Assembly (NCBI GenBank): GCA_003518365.1
Contig: DOYU01000019.1
Span: 40,224 to 104,223, forward strand
From: Candidatus Magasanikiibacteriota bacterium
Lineage (GTDB): Bacteria > Patescibacteriota > Patescibacteriia > Magasanikbacterales > UBA922
DNA length: 64,000 nt
Reading direction: 5' to 3'
Below are positions 19,613 through 29,849 of the stretch, piece after piece. The notes beneath the pieces are model-generated. The model searched no databases. It saw only the letters and a list, made by a program, of their open reading frames with translations, and was not told the origin of the DNA. Every line of letters starts with the position of its first letter. Position 1 is the first letter of the stretch. The position numbers and the translations under genes were made by a program.

Positions 19613-20083
19613 TCACACCAGTATCTTCGAAGCAGATCCGTTACGGATAGCTCGAATGACAACTGATTGCATGGCTTTTGGTGTTACAACGACACACCGA
19701 ATAGTCCGCTTGACCACCGATCCGGTAGGACCGAACGTATCTTCACCAACGACGACATAGCTTCCACCCTGGATCAGGGTATGCGCCGACGCATGATAGA
19801 TACAGGAAACCTTGTCAACATGGGAATACGGACCGCTCGCACTGATAGTATCATCCCCAGAGGGAGACAGACGCGTTGCATCCGTCACATACCAATGCGT
19901 ACAGTGTGCTCCATCTCGATGTGCACAGTTGCCTGCCGGTGGGACAAGAACGGAAATGTCATCGGTACACCGATAGACAATGAAGAAAGATGTAGATTTG
20001 ACACCCGCTTCCAACAAAGCAATCCGAATCAGATACGGGACAGCGCAACGAGCACGTGAAGTCCAACGCTCAAAATTCACCAT
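19613..20083 (-). CDS. orphan protein (cassette L)
   Basis: ORF with GGGAG SD before MVNF; terminator aaaaacatcc..ggatgttttt near 19448-19480. Confidence 0.5.
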   Translation of the reverse strand: MVNFERWTSRARCAVPYLIRIALLEAGVKSTSFFIVYRCTDDISVLVPPAGNCAHRDGAHCTHWYVTDATRLSPSGDDTISASGPYSHVDKVSCIYHASAHTLIQGGSYVVVGEDTFGPTGSVVKRTIRCVVVTPKAMQSVVIRAIRNGSASKILV

Positions 20084-20197
20084 GGTTCTCCCTAAAGCCA
20101 TCATAAAAGAGAATGCATTTCTCTCTTATCACGGCGTTAGGAATCAGACGGATACTACCTAAAAAAACATGCTTTAGCAAGCATGTTCTATGTAGTG

Positions 20198-21388
20198 TTA
20201 TGTATTTGTATACAGTGCAAGCAATGTAGGCACGTATTCTTGTGACGCCATTGCTTCCAAAAAGGTACCGGTGTGCTCCCCCATCTCTGCAACTTCCGCA
20301 GCGTGTCCAAGACACCATGCTAATTTTTCTTGCAAATGTTTTTCATCACCGGCTCTAAACGTCATTCCCTGTTTTCCTTCTTCAATAAGCTCTGCAATGC
20401 CTTCAATATGACTCGCCAAGACCGGCACCCCAAACGCAAAACTTTCAAAAATAACGGTTGGGGAATTTTCATAACAGAGCGACGGCACAATGACCATATC
20501 AGCTTCAGCAAACACTCGAGGAAGTTCATCTCTACTCACCCTTCCGTGAATGACAATTCTATTATCTTTTTCTGCTACCTTTTTTACCTCGTCCAACTTC
20601 GATCCATCACCCACAATATGGAGTTCACATTCTTTATCCGTTTGAAAATTTAAAAAAGTATTCAAGAGAAATAATACACCTTTATGCTCCTCCACTTGTC
20701 CTATGTAATAAAACGTGAACGTATGGTGAGTGTTACGTGCTACATGTTTCGTGTTACGTGATCCAAAGGTCATCGGATTTCTCAGCTGCACAAATTCTGA
20801 GTGAGAAAAAAACTTCCACCGTCGATAAAATTCCAATAAAAAATTGGAAGGCGAAATAACCACATCAGGAGAACCCATAAGACGACGCATCATTGCTGCA
20901 TACACTCGTGTTGGCAGTCCATTATAGCGAAAGGAATGTTCTTTTTGTTTCAAAATAATGCCACTGGGCTCTACAAGCTGAACATCATGAACAGTGTGCA
21001 CATGACGAATACCCAGTGAACGAATCACATGCGGGATCAAAAATCCTAATCCCATCAAATTGTGTGTATGTACCACATCAGGACGTTCTTTTTCGAGTAC
21101 ATCTCGAACAAATCGCGCAGAGCCACGGTGAAACATATCGACGACATGCCACAAGAAACGCATGAAGAATGAATGTGTATGACTATCCGTGTAGAAAAAG
21201 AAATTCTTTGGTTCATATTCCCAAATTGCCAAATTGCCAAATTTCCCAATTGCCTTCGATTTTCCAAGCGTAATCAAAAGCACCTCATGCCCAGCATCAA
21301 GCAGACCTGCCACAGTCTTCTCTACTACCTGCTCTGCCCCACCACGAGCGAGCGGTGGATATAAATTGTTTATGATACAGATTTTCAT
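20198..21388 (-). CDS. glycosyltransferase family 4
   Basis: NNLYPP..RGGAE, HTVHD, PSLCYENSPTVIFE, GVPVLAS. Confidence 0.92.
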   Translation of the reverse strand: MKICIINNLYPPLARGGAEQVVEKTVAGLLDAGHEVLLITLGKSKAIGKFGNLAIWEYEPKNFFFYTDSHTHSFFMRFLWHVVDMFHRGSARFVRDVLEKERPDVVHTHNLMGLGFLIPHVIRSLGIRHVHTVHDVQLVEPSGIILKQKEHSFRYNGLPTRVYAAMMRRLMGSPDVVISPSNFLLEFYRRWKFFSHSEFVQLRNPMTFGSRNTKHVARNTHHTFTFYYIGQVEEHKGVLFLLNTFLNFQTDKECELHIVGDGSKLDEVKKVAEKDNRIVIHGRVSRDELPRVFAEADMVIVPSLCYENSPTVIFESFAFGVPVLASHIEGIAELIEEGKQGMTFRAGDEKHLQEKLAWCLGHAAEVAEMGEHTGTFLEAMASQEYVPTLLALYTNT

Positions 21389-21604
21389 GGATGTACTACT
21401 ATTCATTGCTTGACAGTATAGTGAAAGATCTGAAATGCTGCAATTATTCTTATTGTTCTATTGTTATATTGCTTTATTGTTGCCCTACTTAGCAAGACAA
21501 AAATGTAACGCAATTAATTATATAAAAAAACACCATAGCAGGTGTAAGGAACGCCCGCGCCATCGAAGATCGATGGCGCGGACATCCGTGCCAGAAACGG
21601 ATCG

Positions 21605-22102
21605 TTAACGATAGAACCGCCCGTCGAGCATGGTGCGTTCGAGCGTGCCCAGGCGAGCCTCCCAGTCCCGCCAGCCCAAGACCTTCGTCGCCGCGACAAG
21701 ACGGACAACCAACGCTATCACCTTCGGGTAGATCTCGGCAACAGCATCGCCAAGGTACCGATGATGCAGGTATGTATTGATGTCGCTCCAGCTGACCAAC
21801 AGTCCCGAAGGAAAACTGGGATGCACTCCATCCCAGTGGCCGAGATGCCAGTACTCCCAGCCTTCAGCATGCCTTTCAGTCGGCCTCACGAGGTACTCTT
21901 CGTAGTGCTGGAGGACCCGTGTATACCACATCACCCAGGCCTCTGTGACAGTGCTCTGAAGCATAGGCACGCCCACCAAGACTCTCAAAGCCTCGCGAAT
22001 TCTACAAAACTCATCGGAAGTCCAGACACGATCCGTGTCAGCCAAAGTGACGGCGACATAGGCAGCGGCCTCCGAGAAATTTGTAAACATCGTCACGTCC
22101 AT
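21605..22102 (-). CDS. orphan GC-rich protein (cassette B)
   Basis: GAGGA SD; TTGACA-N17-TAGGTT upstream; 3' hairpin ccgcgccatcga..tcgatggcgcgg. Confidence 0.7.
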   Translation of the reverse strand: MDVTMFTNFSEAAAYVAVTLADTDRVWTSDEFCRIREALRVLVGVPMLQSTVTEAWVMWYTRVLQHYEEYLVRPTERHAEGWEYWHLGHWDGVHPSFPSGLLVSWSDINTYLHHRYLGDAVAEIYPKVIALVVRLVAATKVLGWRDWEARLGTLERTMLDGRFYR

Positions 22103-22323
22103 GAAGTTCCTCGCAGTCTCAGGCTAAGGTCCGTCCAAAGCATGATATCTAAACCTAGCCCGAATATGTGTATTTGTCAATATAATCCTACCTAGAAAAA
22201 TATCGTTCTTTTTACTTTTTCAGTATATGATACTAAAATAATTTTTTTCATACACAGCCTCCCCACACCCCTTCCCCAACCCAGCTTGCCCGAAGCTGAT
22301 TTATCCGTTAGGATAGAGGTCCT

Positions 22324-23742
22324 ATGTTAGACGAACTCGCCCGCATACCTCCGCATAATATAGAAGCAGAACGATCCCTCTTGGGCTCTATTTTGATAGA
22401 TAAGGAAGCCATGGTGAAGATTGCAGATCAAATTGATGTTGAAGATTTTTATAAAAAAACCCATGAACAGATTTTTGACAGCATGCGTGAATTGTATGCA
22501 AAAAATGAACCGGTTGATGTATTGACACTCGGAAATAAGTTGGAAGAAAAAAAATTGATTGAAAGCATTGGTGGACGAAGCTATCTTGTCGGATTGTCGA
22601 ACGCTGTCCCAACGGCATCCCACATCACCCAATACGCAAAAATTATAAAGAAAAAAGCTACGCTCAGAAAGCTGCTCACAGCGGCAGAACACATCAATAA
22701 GCTGGGCTACAAAGAAGATGTGGATGATGTAGAACAAGTGCTCGACGATGCCATGCAGCATCTCTACGGCATCACCCAAAAACATCTCAAACAAAATTTT
22801 GTTCCCATCAATACCATTCTCCACAATGCCTTTGAACGCATGGACGAACTCCACAAAGATCGTGGCAAACTTCGTGGTGTACCATCAGGCTTTACCAAGC
22901 TTGATGAACTCATGGCAGGATTCCAAAAATCAGATCTTGTCATTCTCGCTGCCCGCCCGTCTGTTGGGAAAACATCTCTTGCACTTGATTTTGCAAGAAA
23001 TGCCGCTATCAGAGGAAAAGCAAAAGTAGGGATTTTTTCACTCGAAATGAGTAAAGAACAACTGGTTGATCGTTTGCTGTGTGCTGAAGCTGGCGTGGAC
23101 TTATGGAAAATGAGAACCGGCAACTTGTCAGATCGCCCAGATAGCAATGACTTCCCCAAAATCGGGCATGCTATGGGCTTACTGTCTGACGCGAAAATAT
23201 TTATCGATGACAATGCCGGACAAAATGTCCTACAAATTCGGACGAAAGCAAGACGATTGCAAGCAGAACATGGGCTCGATCTCATCATTATCGACTACTT
23301 GCAGCTCATGAATACGACCGGCAGTAGAAACAATGACAATCGTGTCCAAGAAGTGGCCGAGATGAGTCGTGGGCTCAAACTGCTCGCTCGTGAACTCAAT
23401 GTTCCCGTCCTCTGTCTCTCCCAGCTGTCTCGTGCCGTAGAACAAACAAAACCGGCCATTCCAAAGTTGTCACACCTTCGTGATTCTGGTAGTATTGAAC
23501 AAGATGCTGACATTGTGATGTTTATCTATCGCAAATCGTCAGACAGAAACTACCAACTCGAAGAAATTCCACCAGACGAACGAAATATCGGAGAAATTCA
23601 CGTTGCCAAACATCGAAATGGTCCAACCGGCGTTGTCAAAGTCTTCTTTGACGCAGCGCGAGCCAGCTACCGCAATCTGGATACGCAGTTTGAAGCCAGT
23701 GCACCACAATATCCCCCACAACAAAAACCACCATCATTTTAG
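22324..23742 (+). CDS. dnaB: replicative DNA helicase
   Basis: PPHNIEAE, AARPSVGKT, IDYLQLM, SQLSR, LRDSGSIEQDAD, KHRNGPTG. Confidence 0.97.
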   Translation: MLDELARIPPHNIEAERSLLGSILIDKEAMVKIADQIDVEDFYKKTHEQIFDSMRELYAKNEPVDVLTLGNKLEEKKLIESIGGRSYLVGLSNAVPTASHITQYAKIIKKKATLRKLLTAAEHINKLGYKEDVDDVEQVLDDAMQHLYGITQKHLKQNFVPINTILHNAFERMDELHKDRGKLRGVPSGFTKLDELMAGFQKSDLVILAARPSVGKTSLALDFARNAAIRGKAKVGIFSLEMSKEQLVDRLLCAEAGVDLWKMRTGNLSDRPDSNDFPKIGHAMGLLSDAKIFIDDNAGQNVLQIRTKARRLQAEHGLDLIIIDYLQLMNTTGSRNNDNRVQEVAEMSRGLKLLARELNVPVLCLSQLSRAVEQTKPAIPKLSHLRDSGSIEQDADIVMFIYRKSSDRNYQLEEIPPDERNIGEIHVAKHRNGPTGVVKVFFDAARASYRNLDTQFEASAPQYPPQQKPPSF

Positions 23743-23763
23743 TAACAGGCTTGTAATGACGAG

Positions 23764-23807
23764 AAAGCCTTCTCAGCCTTCCTTGCCTCCCAAGCCTTCT
23801 AAGCCTT
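23764..23807. repeat. tandem 9-mer repeats (AAGCCTTCY family)
   Basis: aaagccttc tcagccttc cttgcctcc caagccttc taagcctt. Confidence 0.8.
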
Positions 23808-23813
23808 ATTTCT

Positions 23814-24110
23814 ATGCTCAACAAACTCAAGCAATTCAAAGATATCCGAGAACAAGCAAAGACCCTCCAAAACACACTCTCTCAAGAAAGCGTCACCGTG
23901 AAAGAAGGTGGGGTCTCACTTGTCATGGATGGAAATCTTTCTGTAAAATCTCTTGATATTGAAGAAGACATGCTCTCACCAAATAAAAAGGAAAAACTCC
24001 AAAAAGACATCATGAAAGCCTACGAAGAAGCCATGAAAAAAATGCAACGCATCATGGCAATGAAAATGAAAGAAATGGGTGGATTGCCAAATATTCCAGG
24101 ACTCAGTTAA
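23814..24110 (+). CDS. ybaB: YbaB/EbfC nucleoid-associated protein
   Basis: Size, sequence pattern and position upstream of recR. Confidence 0.85.
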   Translation: MLNKLKQFKDIREQAKTLQNTLSQESVTVKEGGVSLVMDGNLSVKSLDIEEDMLSPNKKEKLQKDIMKAYEEAMKKMQRIMAMKMKEMGGLPNIPGLS

Positions 24111-24197
24111 TTCAGAGTTCTCAGTTCAAGGTTCAAAGGAAATTAATACATGCATGTTTTGTAATTTGTTTTTTTCTTGTATCTTGTACCTTACAAC

Positions 24198-24797
24198 ATG
24201 TACTCAAAATCAATAGAACAACTCATCAAAGCATTTAGTAAACTTCCGAGCGTGGGCCCGCGAACCGCTGAGCGGTTCGTTTTTCATTTGTTGAAATCTG
24301 GAAAAAAAGATGCTGCAGAAATTACAAATGCACTGAAGGGACTCATTGAAAATATCAAAAGTTGCGAGATCTGTTGGGATTTTTCAGATACGTCGCCGTG
24401 CAAGATATGCGCTGACACAAAACGAGATGCATCAGCGCTGTGTATAGTGACAGAATCACAAGAATTGCAGCAAATAGAAAAAACAGGTGCATTCACTGGC
24501 AGATACCATGTGCTTCGTGGTGTAATAAAGCCAGGCAATCCAGACAGTGTGAAATATTTGAAAGTTGCTGAATTGCTAAAACGAGTGAAAATAGATGACG
24601 TGAAAGAAATCATTCTGGCACTCAACCCCGATCTTCCCGGTGAAACAACCATGCTCTATTTACAAAATGTAATGAAAAAAGAATCTCCAGATATCAAGGT
24701 CACTCGTCTTGCGCGAGGATTGCCAATGGGAAGTGACCTGCAATATGCTGATGAGATCACACTCGGAAGTGCACTGAAAAACAGAACACAAACATAA
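24198..24797 (+). CDS. recR: recombination mediator RecR
   Basis: LPSVGPRTAER, C4 zinc finger, YHVLRG, GETT, RLARGLPMGSDLQYADE. Confidence 0.96.
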   Translation: MYSKSIEQLIKAFSKLPSVGPRTAERFVFHLLKSGKKDAAEITNALKGLIENIKSCEICWDFSDTSPCKICADTKRDASALCIVTESQELQQIEKTGAFTGRYHVLRGVIKPGNPDSVKYLKVAELLKRVKIDDVKEIILALNPDLPGETTMLYLQNVMKKESPDIKVTRLARGLPMGSDLQYADEITLGSALKNRTQT

Positions 24798-24821
24798 AAC
24801 TGCCACGAATGGCAGTTTTTT
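24797..24821. terminator. bidirectional terminator shared by recR and the ncRNA candidate
   Basis: aaaactgcca-cgaa-tggcagtttttt. Confidence 0.8.
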
Positions 24822-24829
24822 AAGATGAA

Positions 24830-25136
24830 GGGGTAGCTACGGTGACCCCTTGTACTAGTAACGAGAATTAACGCGTTCCACCCGCCAACATGGCGCCTTC
24901 CTGAGCCTTTCGGCCCATGTGCATGTGGGTACCCACGTTCCTTGTCGTGATGTAACGAAGAGGCATTCCACTGGATTTGGGTTTCCCCTTGCTCAGCGGG
25001 AGCAGGTCTCATCGTATTGTCACGACTATGCGTCCTAGACGCTCGATACCTACCCCAGTTTAAGGGGTTGCTCGCGAACGGGCACAGCACAAAAGGCTGT
25101 CGGTGAGGGTGTGTATGCAAAGGTCACCGTAGCTCA
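24830..25136 (-). ncRNA. candidate large structured non-coding RNA (~300 nt), family unassigned
   Basis: Ends pair perfectly over 13 bp (agctacggtgacc/ggtcaccgtagct); about 10 internal hairpins; extended -10 TGaTAGTAT at 25142-25150; terminator downstream. Confidence 0.75.
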
Positions 25137-25165
25137 CAGACATACTATCACACTTCTTCACAAAT

Positions 25166-25195
25166 AAAAGACTACCCTTTGTGGATAGTCTTTTT
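25166..25195 (-). terminator. rplU terminator
   Basis: aaaagacta..tagtcttttt inverted repeat. Confidence 0.7.
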
Positions 25196-25205
25196 GCGGT
25201 GTGAG

Positions 25206-25520
25206 TTATGCAATTTTGTCGATAGTGACAGTCGTAAATGGTTGTCGGTGTCCGTTTGTTCGTTTGTAACGAACTTTTGGTTTATATTTGACAACACGAA
25301 TCTTCTTATCACGTCCTTGATCCTTTACCGTAGCGGTGACAGTCTTTCCCGCGAGAAATGGTGTCCCAATCTCTACGTCTTGTCCGTCTGCCTTCGCGGT
25401 CATGAGGATCTGATCAAATGTAACGGTAGCATCTACCTCAGCGTCAAGCTTTTCCACTTTGATGGTCTGGCCTTCTTCGACGAGGTATTGCTTGCCACCT
25501 GTGAAAACTACTGCAAACAT
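25206..25520 (-). CDS. rplU: 50S ribosomal protein L21
   Basis: MFAVVFTGGKQYLV...GHRQPFT. Confidence 0.97.
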   Translation of the reverse strand: MFAVVFTGGKQYLVEEGQTIKVEKLDAEVDATVTFDQILMTAKADGQDVEIGTPFLAGKTVTATVKDQGRDKKIRVVKYKPKVRYKRTNGHRQPFTTVTIDKIA

Positions 25521-25573
25521 ACGTTTTTGTAAAATTATAAGTGTCTCGTCGTACCAGGACTAAGACGACCAAT

Positions 25574-25602
25574 ACTATACCTCATGAAGCAACATATGTC
25601 AA
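25574..25602 (-). promoter_or_regulatory. sigma70-type promoter of rplU
   Basis: TTGACA-N17-TATAGT on the minus strand. Confidence 0.75.
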
Positions 25603-25608
25603 GTGAGG

Positions 25609-26079
25609 TTATGGGAGCGTGAGAAAATCCCCAATCTGTAATCCATGCTCCATAGCCCAGCCAGCAGAGAGCTCCAAAACCATGGTAGCTTCTGCACGTG
25701 GTCGATAGAAGGTAAGATCGTATTCATCTACGCCAGGCTCTAGAGGCACGGCTGGTGCGATATCAACAACCTTCCCGTCTGAAAGCCAAATAATATCTAT
25801 AGGAAACAGCATGTCACGCATGACAATACCATGACGTTCAGAAAAATCAAATATGAACAACATACCATCTTTTCCACCAAGATCTTCTCGCCCACCAAGC
25901 CCCACATACATATCATTAATAGTGTCCGCGACATACACATCTAAATGCTGATCATTGAGCACAATGATTCTTGTACCAGGCAATCGCGTATTCCAATACA
26001 ATAAAAAAAGAAAACACAAAAAAAAGGCAGCAAGAACAAACATTGATTTTTTTCCAAACGCTAGGTGTGTTTTTTCCAT
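25609..26079 (-). CDS. DUF192 family protein
   Basis: VADT...GLGGR...GMLFIF...MRDMLFPIDIIW...VLELSAG. Confidence 0.88.
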   Translation of the reverse strand: MEKTHLAFGKKSMFVLAAFFLCFLFLLYWNTRLPGTRIIVLNDQHLDVYVADTINDMYVGLGGREDLGGKDGMLFIFDFSERHGIVMRDMLFPIDIIWLSDGKVVDIAPAVPLEPGVDEYDLTFYRPRAEATMVLELSAGWAMEHGLQIGDFLTLP

Positions 26080-27101
26080 AGGTGTTTCTTTTTATCATCA
26101 CTCTGGAGCCAAATAGCCATAAGCAGCATAAGGACAAACAAAAATGCAAATGCGATCACTTTTTGGCTGCTTTGTAAGAACAATGTCGTCACTCCAAAAG
26201 AAAAAGAAATAGCATACAATAACAGCACTGCTTGCTTTTGTGTCATTCCTGAATGAAGCAGTTTGAAATGCAAATGCTCACTGTCGCCAACATAAATAGG
26301 TTTCTTTTTTATCCATCGTGTGAGAATGACACGAATCACATCAAGCAACGGGATACCCATTACCAGAAGCGTAGTCATAATTTTCCCGCCTGAAATAATA
26401 CCAAGCACACCGAGCATAAATCCAGTAAACAGACTGCCCCCTTCTCCGAGAAATATCTTTGCAGGATGCCAATTCCAAAGTAAGAATCCAAGACACGCGC
26501 CGGCAAACATAATTGCCAAAGTAGCAACTTCTGGTTGAAACCATTGTTCTTGGCGAGACAAAAAGAAAATCATGAATGCCCCAATAGAGACCATACCACT
26601 CACAAGTCCATCAAGACCATCAAGAAATTTTGTAGTAAACATCAGGCCAAACAGCCAAAGAAACACTAATGCACCAGACGTGATGCTCGTAAGCACAAAC
26701 GTCCCACCAAGTGGATTTGTAATTTCGTGTGGTCCAATACCGACAAAGGCAACCATACCGGCAGCAAGAAGAGGAAAGAGAATTTGCTTTCTTGCTTTCA
26801 AATTTTTTGCATCATCCCACAGACCACCGATCATCAATATGCCACCCGCGATACAAATCAAGACAAGGGTACGCAGTGGCACACTGTTCCCAATATCTCC
26901 GAGAAAAAAAGAAGCAAACGCAACGGAAAAAAATGATATAAAAATAGCCAGCCCGCCGCCGAGTGGAATCTTTTTTTTGTGAATTTTTCTTGCTTGCTCT
27001 TTTGGGCTATCAACTATCTTATAGTGCCGCATGATCGCTCGGACCAGCGCCGTTGCCACAAAAGAAAGAAAAAGCGTGATGAAAAAATATACCAGTATCA
27101 T
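26061..27101 (-). CDS. WecA/TagO-type polyprenyl-phosphate sugar-1-phosphate transferase (MraY superfamily)
   Basis: RKIHKKKIPLGGG, GLWDD, FLDGLDGL, PAKIFLGEGG, DSEHLHFKL. Confidence 0.9.
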   Translation of the reverse strand: MILVYFFITLFLSFVATALVRAIMRHYKIVDSPKEQARKIHKKKIPLGGGLAIFISFFSVAFASFFLGDIGNSVPLRTLVLICIAGGILMIGGLWDDAKNLKARKQILFPLLAAGMVAFVGIGPHEITNPLGGTFVLTSITSGALVFLWLFGLMFTTKFLDGLDGLVSGMVSIGAFMIFFLSRQEQWFQPEVATLAIMFAGACLGFLLWNWHPAKIFLGEGGSLFTGFMLGVLGIISGGKIMTTLLVMGIPLLDVIRVILTRWIKKKPIYVGDSEHLHFKLLHSGMTQKQAVLLLYAISFSFGVTTLFLQSSQKVIAFAFLFVLMLLMAIWLQSDDKKKHLWKKHT

Positions 27102-27113
27102 ATATAAATTGAC

Positions 27114-29843
27114 TTACGCAGATTCCACGCGAATCATTGCACCTTCTCCGAGAATAAGCCTATCTCGACGATGTAATGTGTTTGACAAAATCAACTCAGC
27201 GAGCTGATTTTCCACCTTGTCCTGGATCGCACGCCGCATCGGACGCGCCCCAAACTCAGGATCATATCCAATTTCAGCAAGGGCCTCAAGCGCTGCTTCT
27301 TCGACGATAAATGACATTCCCTTTGCTTCAATATCTTTTTTTACTCGCCCGAGCATAAGCCCTGCAATCTGTTTTGTCTCGTCACGAGTCAATGATCGAA
27401 ACAGGACAATACCATCAAATCGATTGAGAAATTCTGGACGGTAATACTGCTTGAGCTCGCCATGAATCAATGTTTGACGGATATCTTCGAGAGGTACCCC
27501 TGCAACGATTTGTTGCTGGACAAAGGCCGTACCGGCATTAGAGGTTGCGATGATAATAGTATTGGTAAAATCAATCACACGTCCGACACTATCAGTCAGA
27601 CGTCCATCATCAAATACTTGCAAAAATAAATTCAATACATCAGGATCTGCTTTTTCCATTTCATCAAGAAGCAAAAGAGAAAAAGGATTTTGGCGAACAG
27701 CTTCGGTAAGAATACCTGTCCCCTGTTGTCCTGGCTGCCCGATAAGACGATAGATACCACTTTTGTCTTGATATTCACTCATGTCAATACGTATCATCCT
27801 ATCTTCCCCACCAAAATAGGTACGCGCAATCGTCTTTGCGAGCTCTGTTTTTCCGACACCAGTAGGGCCAAGGAAAAGAAAATTAGCAATCGGCCGTTTT
27901 TGAGACCGTACTTCAGCGCGTGCGCGACGAAGTGCATTGGCAACAAGCGACACAGCTTCGTCTTGTCCGATCACCTGCTTGTGCATGTCTTCTTCGAGCT
28001 TCATAAGTTTTGTCGATTCATCATCAGTAATGCTTGTCGTAGGAATCCCTGTTTTTTGCGCAACTATAGATGCCACGTCTTCTCCTGCGACTAACGTATT
28101 GATGCCCTTCGTCGTATGCACAAAACTTGCGCTTTCAGTCATGATAGCAAGTGCACTTTCAGGAAGATTTTGATCATGTAAAAATTTCTTGGACAACACC
28201 ACCGCCTGCTCCAGTGCATCGTAGCTAAAAAATACCTGCTGCTTGTATTCCACCATCCCTACTTTTGACTCCAAGACTTGAATTGCTTGGTCTGTCGACA
28301 TCTCATCCACATCAACACGAGCAAGCACCTGACCAAGCGCAGAATTGACGATGAATTGATTGTATCCTGTAACGGTCGTCGTTGAGAGGGTGAGGAATTG
28401 TCCTGCACCAAGAAATTCTGCTAACGTTTCACTGACATCAAGTCCCTGGACTGCTCCTTGCCCCCCAGAGCCAACAAGGTCATCAATACCATCTATCAAA
28501 AAAATAATATTTCCTGCGCGGGCGACTTCATTCATGATATTGATGAGTCGTTCTTGCGCTCCGGTGAGCGTTGTTCCTGCAAGGAGCGCAGACGTAGACA
28601 GCTGCACAAGCCGTTTATCACGGATACGAGCAGGGACGTTTTCTTCTACCATGCGGGCAGCAATACCTGCAATAATACTCATTTTGCCAACACCTCGGTC
28701 TCCCACCAGGACAACACTTTGTCGCCCGCCCTCGATAATACGAAAAATTTCATCAATTTCTTTTTCTCTGGCAACACAGGCCTCGAGCCTCCCAAACTTA
28801 GCAGCCAGTGTCAGATCCTGGCTAAAGCTATTGAGAAATGGTGTTGCCACAGCGGTCATGGCTTTATCAAGGCCATATTTGCTACGACGAGAAGCTGCTT
28901 TTTGAAATGCACGGTGTTGTTTTTGTAGTCGTTCTCGAATACGCAACCATTCGATAACATTACGCAGCTTACTTTCATCAACATGAAGATCATACAACAA
29001 TTCTTGAATAGCAACAGACTGTCTGACAAGCGCCGAGAGTAACTCTGTCACATGGAGATACTCCTGCTTTGCCTCATAGGCATATTCATATGCCTGAAAT
29101 ATGATTTGCTGAACATCATCGGAAAGTGGCACGGCCTGTGCTTTCCTGTGTGCATTTTTTTGAAAATTGCCTGCAATCTTTGCCTGAATTTTTTTTGGTG
29201 GCAACCCGAGCCGGACAAAAACACTCGCGACACTATCCGATCCGAGCAGTGCATAAAATACATGCCAAGCACTCACTGATTCTGCTCCATATCGATGCGC
29301 GAGCAAGACAGCGTTTTCTATCACACGCAAAGCATCGGGTGTTGCAACGCGAGCAATATCTTTTCGTTTTTTTCTTTTATACGTAGCGAGTGCTTGCTCC
29401 CAGCTATCCGCGGTACCAACCATGCCTTCTTTGTTTTGGAGCACGGTGTCATCATACTGTTCTACAACATGTATTTCTTTTTTTCGGGCAATATTGCGAT
29501 ACAAAAGAAAACACCAGGATGTCAATGAAAACCACACCAGGAGTGTAAGCAATGCAGGACTCCCCCACCAAAATTCAAAGGTCAAAAGATCAGCCATCCG
29601 CTCTTGATCATATATCTCCCATACAAAAAAACTCATGAGACCTACGCCAAAAAAAACACTGCCAAGTAATTCAAACCGCTCCAGCCAAATACGAACGCGA
29701 CGGAAAGCAATATCACCACGCGTGAGCGACATGCCCCAAAAAAGCAGTGTATTACGCAAAACGACACCTACGCTCATACGACGATGTGTATCTTGACCAC
29801 GATATGGCAGCAATGGCAATGGTGTCTGTGATTGAAATTCCAT
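27114..29843 (-). CDS. ClpA/B/C-family AAA+ ATPase with N-terminal transmembrane segments
   Basis: Two hydrophobic helices, Clp-N repeats, NBD1 GDRGVGKM, NBD2 GPTGVGKT/LLDEMEKA, RPEFLNR, GARPMRR. Confidence 0.92.
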   Translation of the reverse strand: MEFQSQTPLPLLPYRGQDTHRRMSVGVVLRNTLLFWGMSLTRGDIAFRRVRIWLERFELLGSVFFGVGLMSFFVWEIYDQERMADLLTFEFWWGSPALLTLLVWFSLTSWCFLLYRNIARKKEIHVVEQYDDTVLQNKEGMVGTADSWEQALATYKRKKRKDIARVATPDALRVIENAVLLAHRYGAESVSAWHVFYALLGSDSVASVFVRLGLPPKKIQAKIAGNFQKNAHRKAQAVPLSDDVQQIIFQAYEYAYEAKQEYLHVTELLSALVRQSVAIQELLYDLHVDESKLRNVIEWLRIRERLQKQHRAFQKAASRRSKYGLDKAMTAVATPFLNSFSQDLTLAAKFGRLEACVAREKEIDEIFRIIEGGRQSVVLVGDRGVGKMSIIAGIAARMVEENVPARIRDKRLVQLSTSALLAGTTLTGAQERLINIMNEVARAGNIIFLIDGIDDLVGSGGQGAVQGLDVSETLAEFLGAGQFLTLSTTTVTGYNQFIVNSALGQVLARVDVDEMSTDQAIQVLESKVGMVEYKQQVFFSYDALEQAVVLSKKFLHDQNLPESALAIMTESASFVHTTKGINTLVAGEDVASIVAQKTGIPTTSITDDESTKLMKLEEDMHKQVIGQDEAVSLVANALRRARAEVRSQKRPIANFLFLGPTGVGKTELAKTIARTYFGGEDRMIRIDMSEYQDKSGIYRLIGQPGQQGTGILTEAVRQNPFSLLLLDEMEKADPDVLNLFLQVFDDGRLTDSVGRVIDFTNTIIIATSNAGTAFVQQQIVAGVPLEDIRQTLIHGELKQYYRPEFLNRFDGIVLFRSLTRDETKQIAGLMLGRVKKDIEAKGMSFIVEEAALEALAEIGYDPEFGARPMRRAIQDKVENQLAELILSNTLHRRDRLILGEGAMIRVESA

Positions 29844-29849
29844 ACAATG

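Noticed and set aside
24656-25120. 154-aa minus-strand ORF
   Set aside because: It overlaps recR antisense, crosses a terminator and has no protein-like motif. The region is better explained as structured RNA.
24830-25136. RNase P RNA, tmRNA or SRP RNA (the last suggested by proximity to ybaB-recR)
   Set aside because: I found no GAGGAAAGUCC or CR-V motif, no tRNA-like T-arm/CCA end, and no CAGG..GGAA..AGCAG S-domain on either strand.
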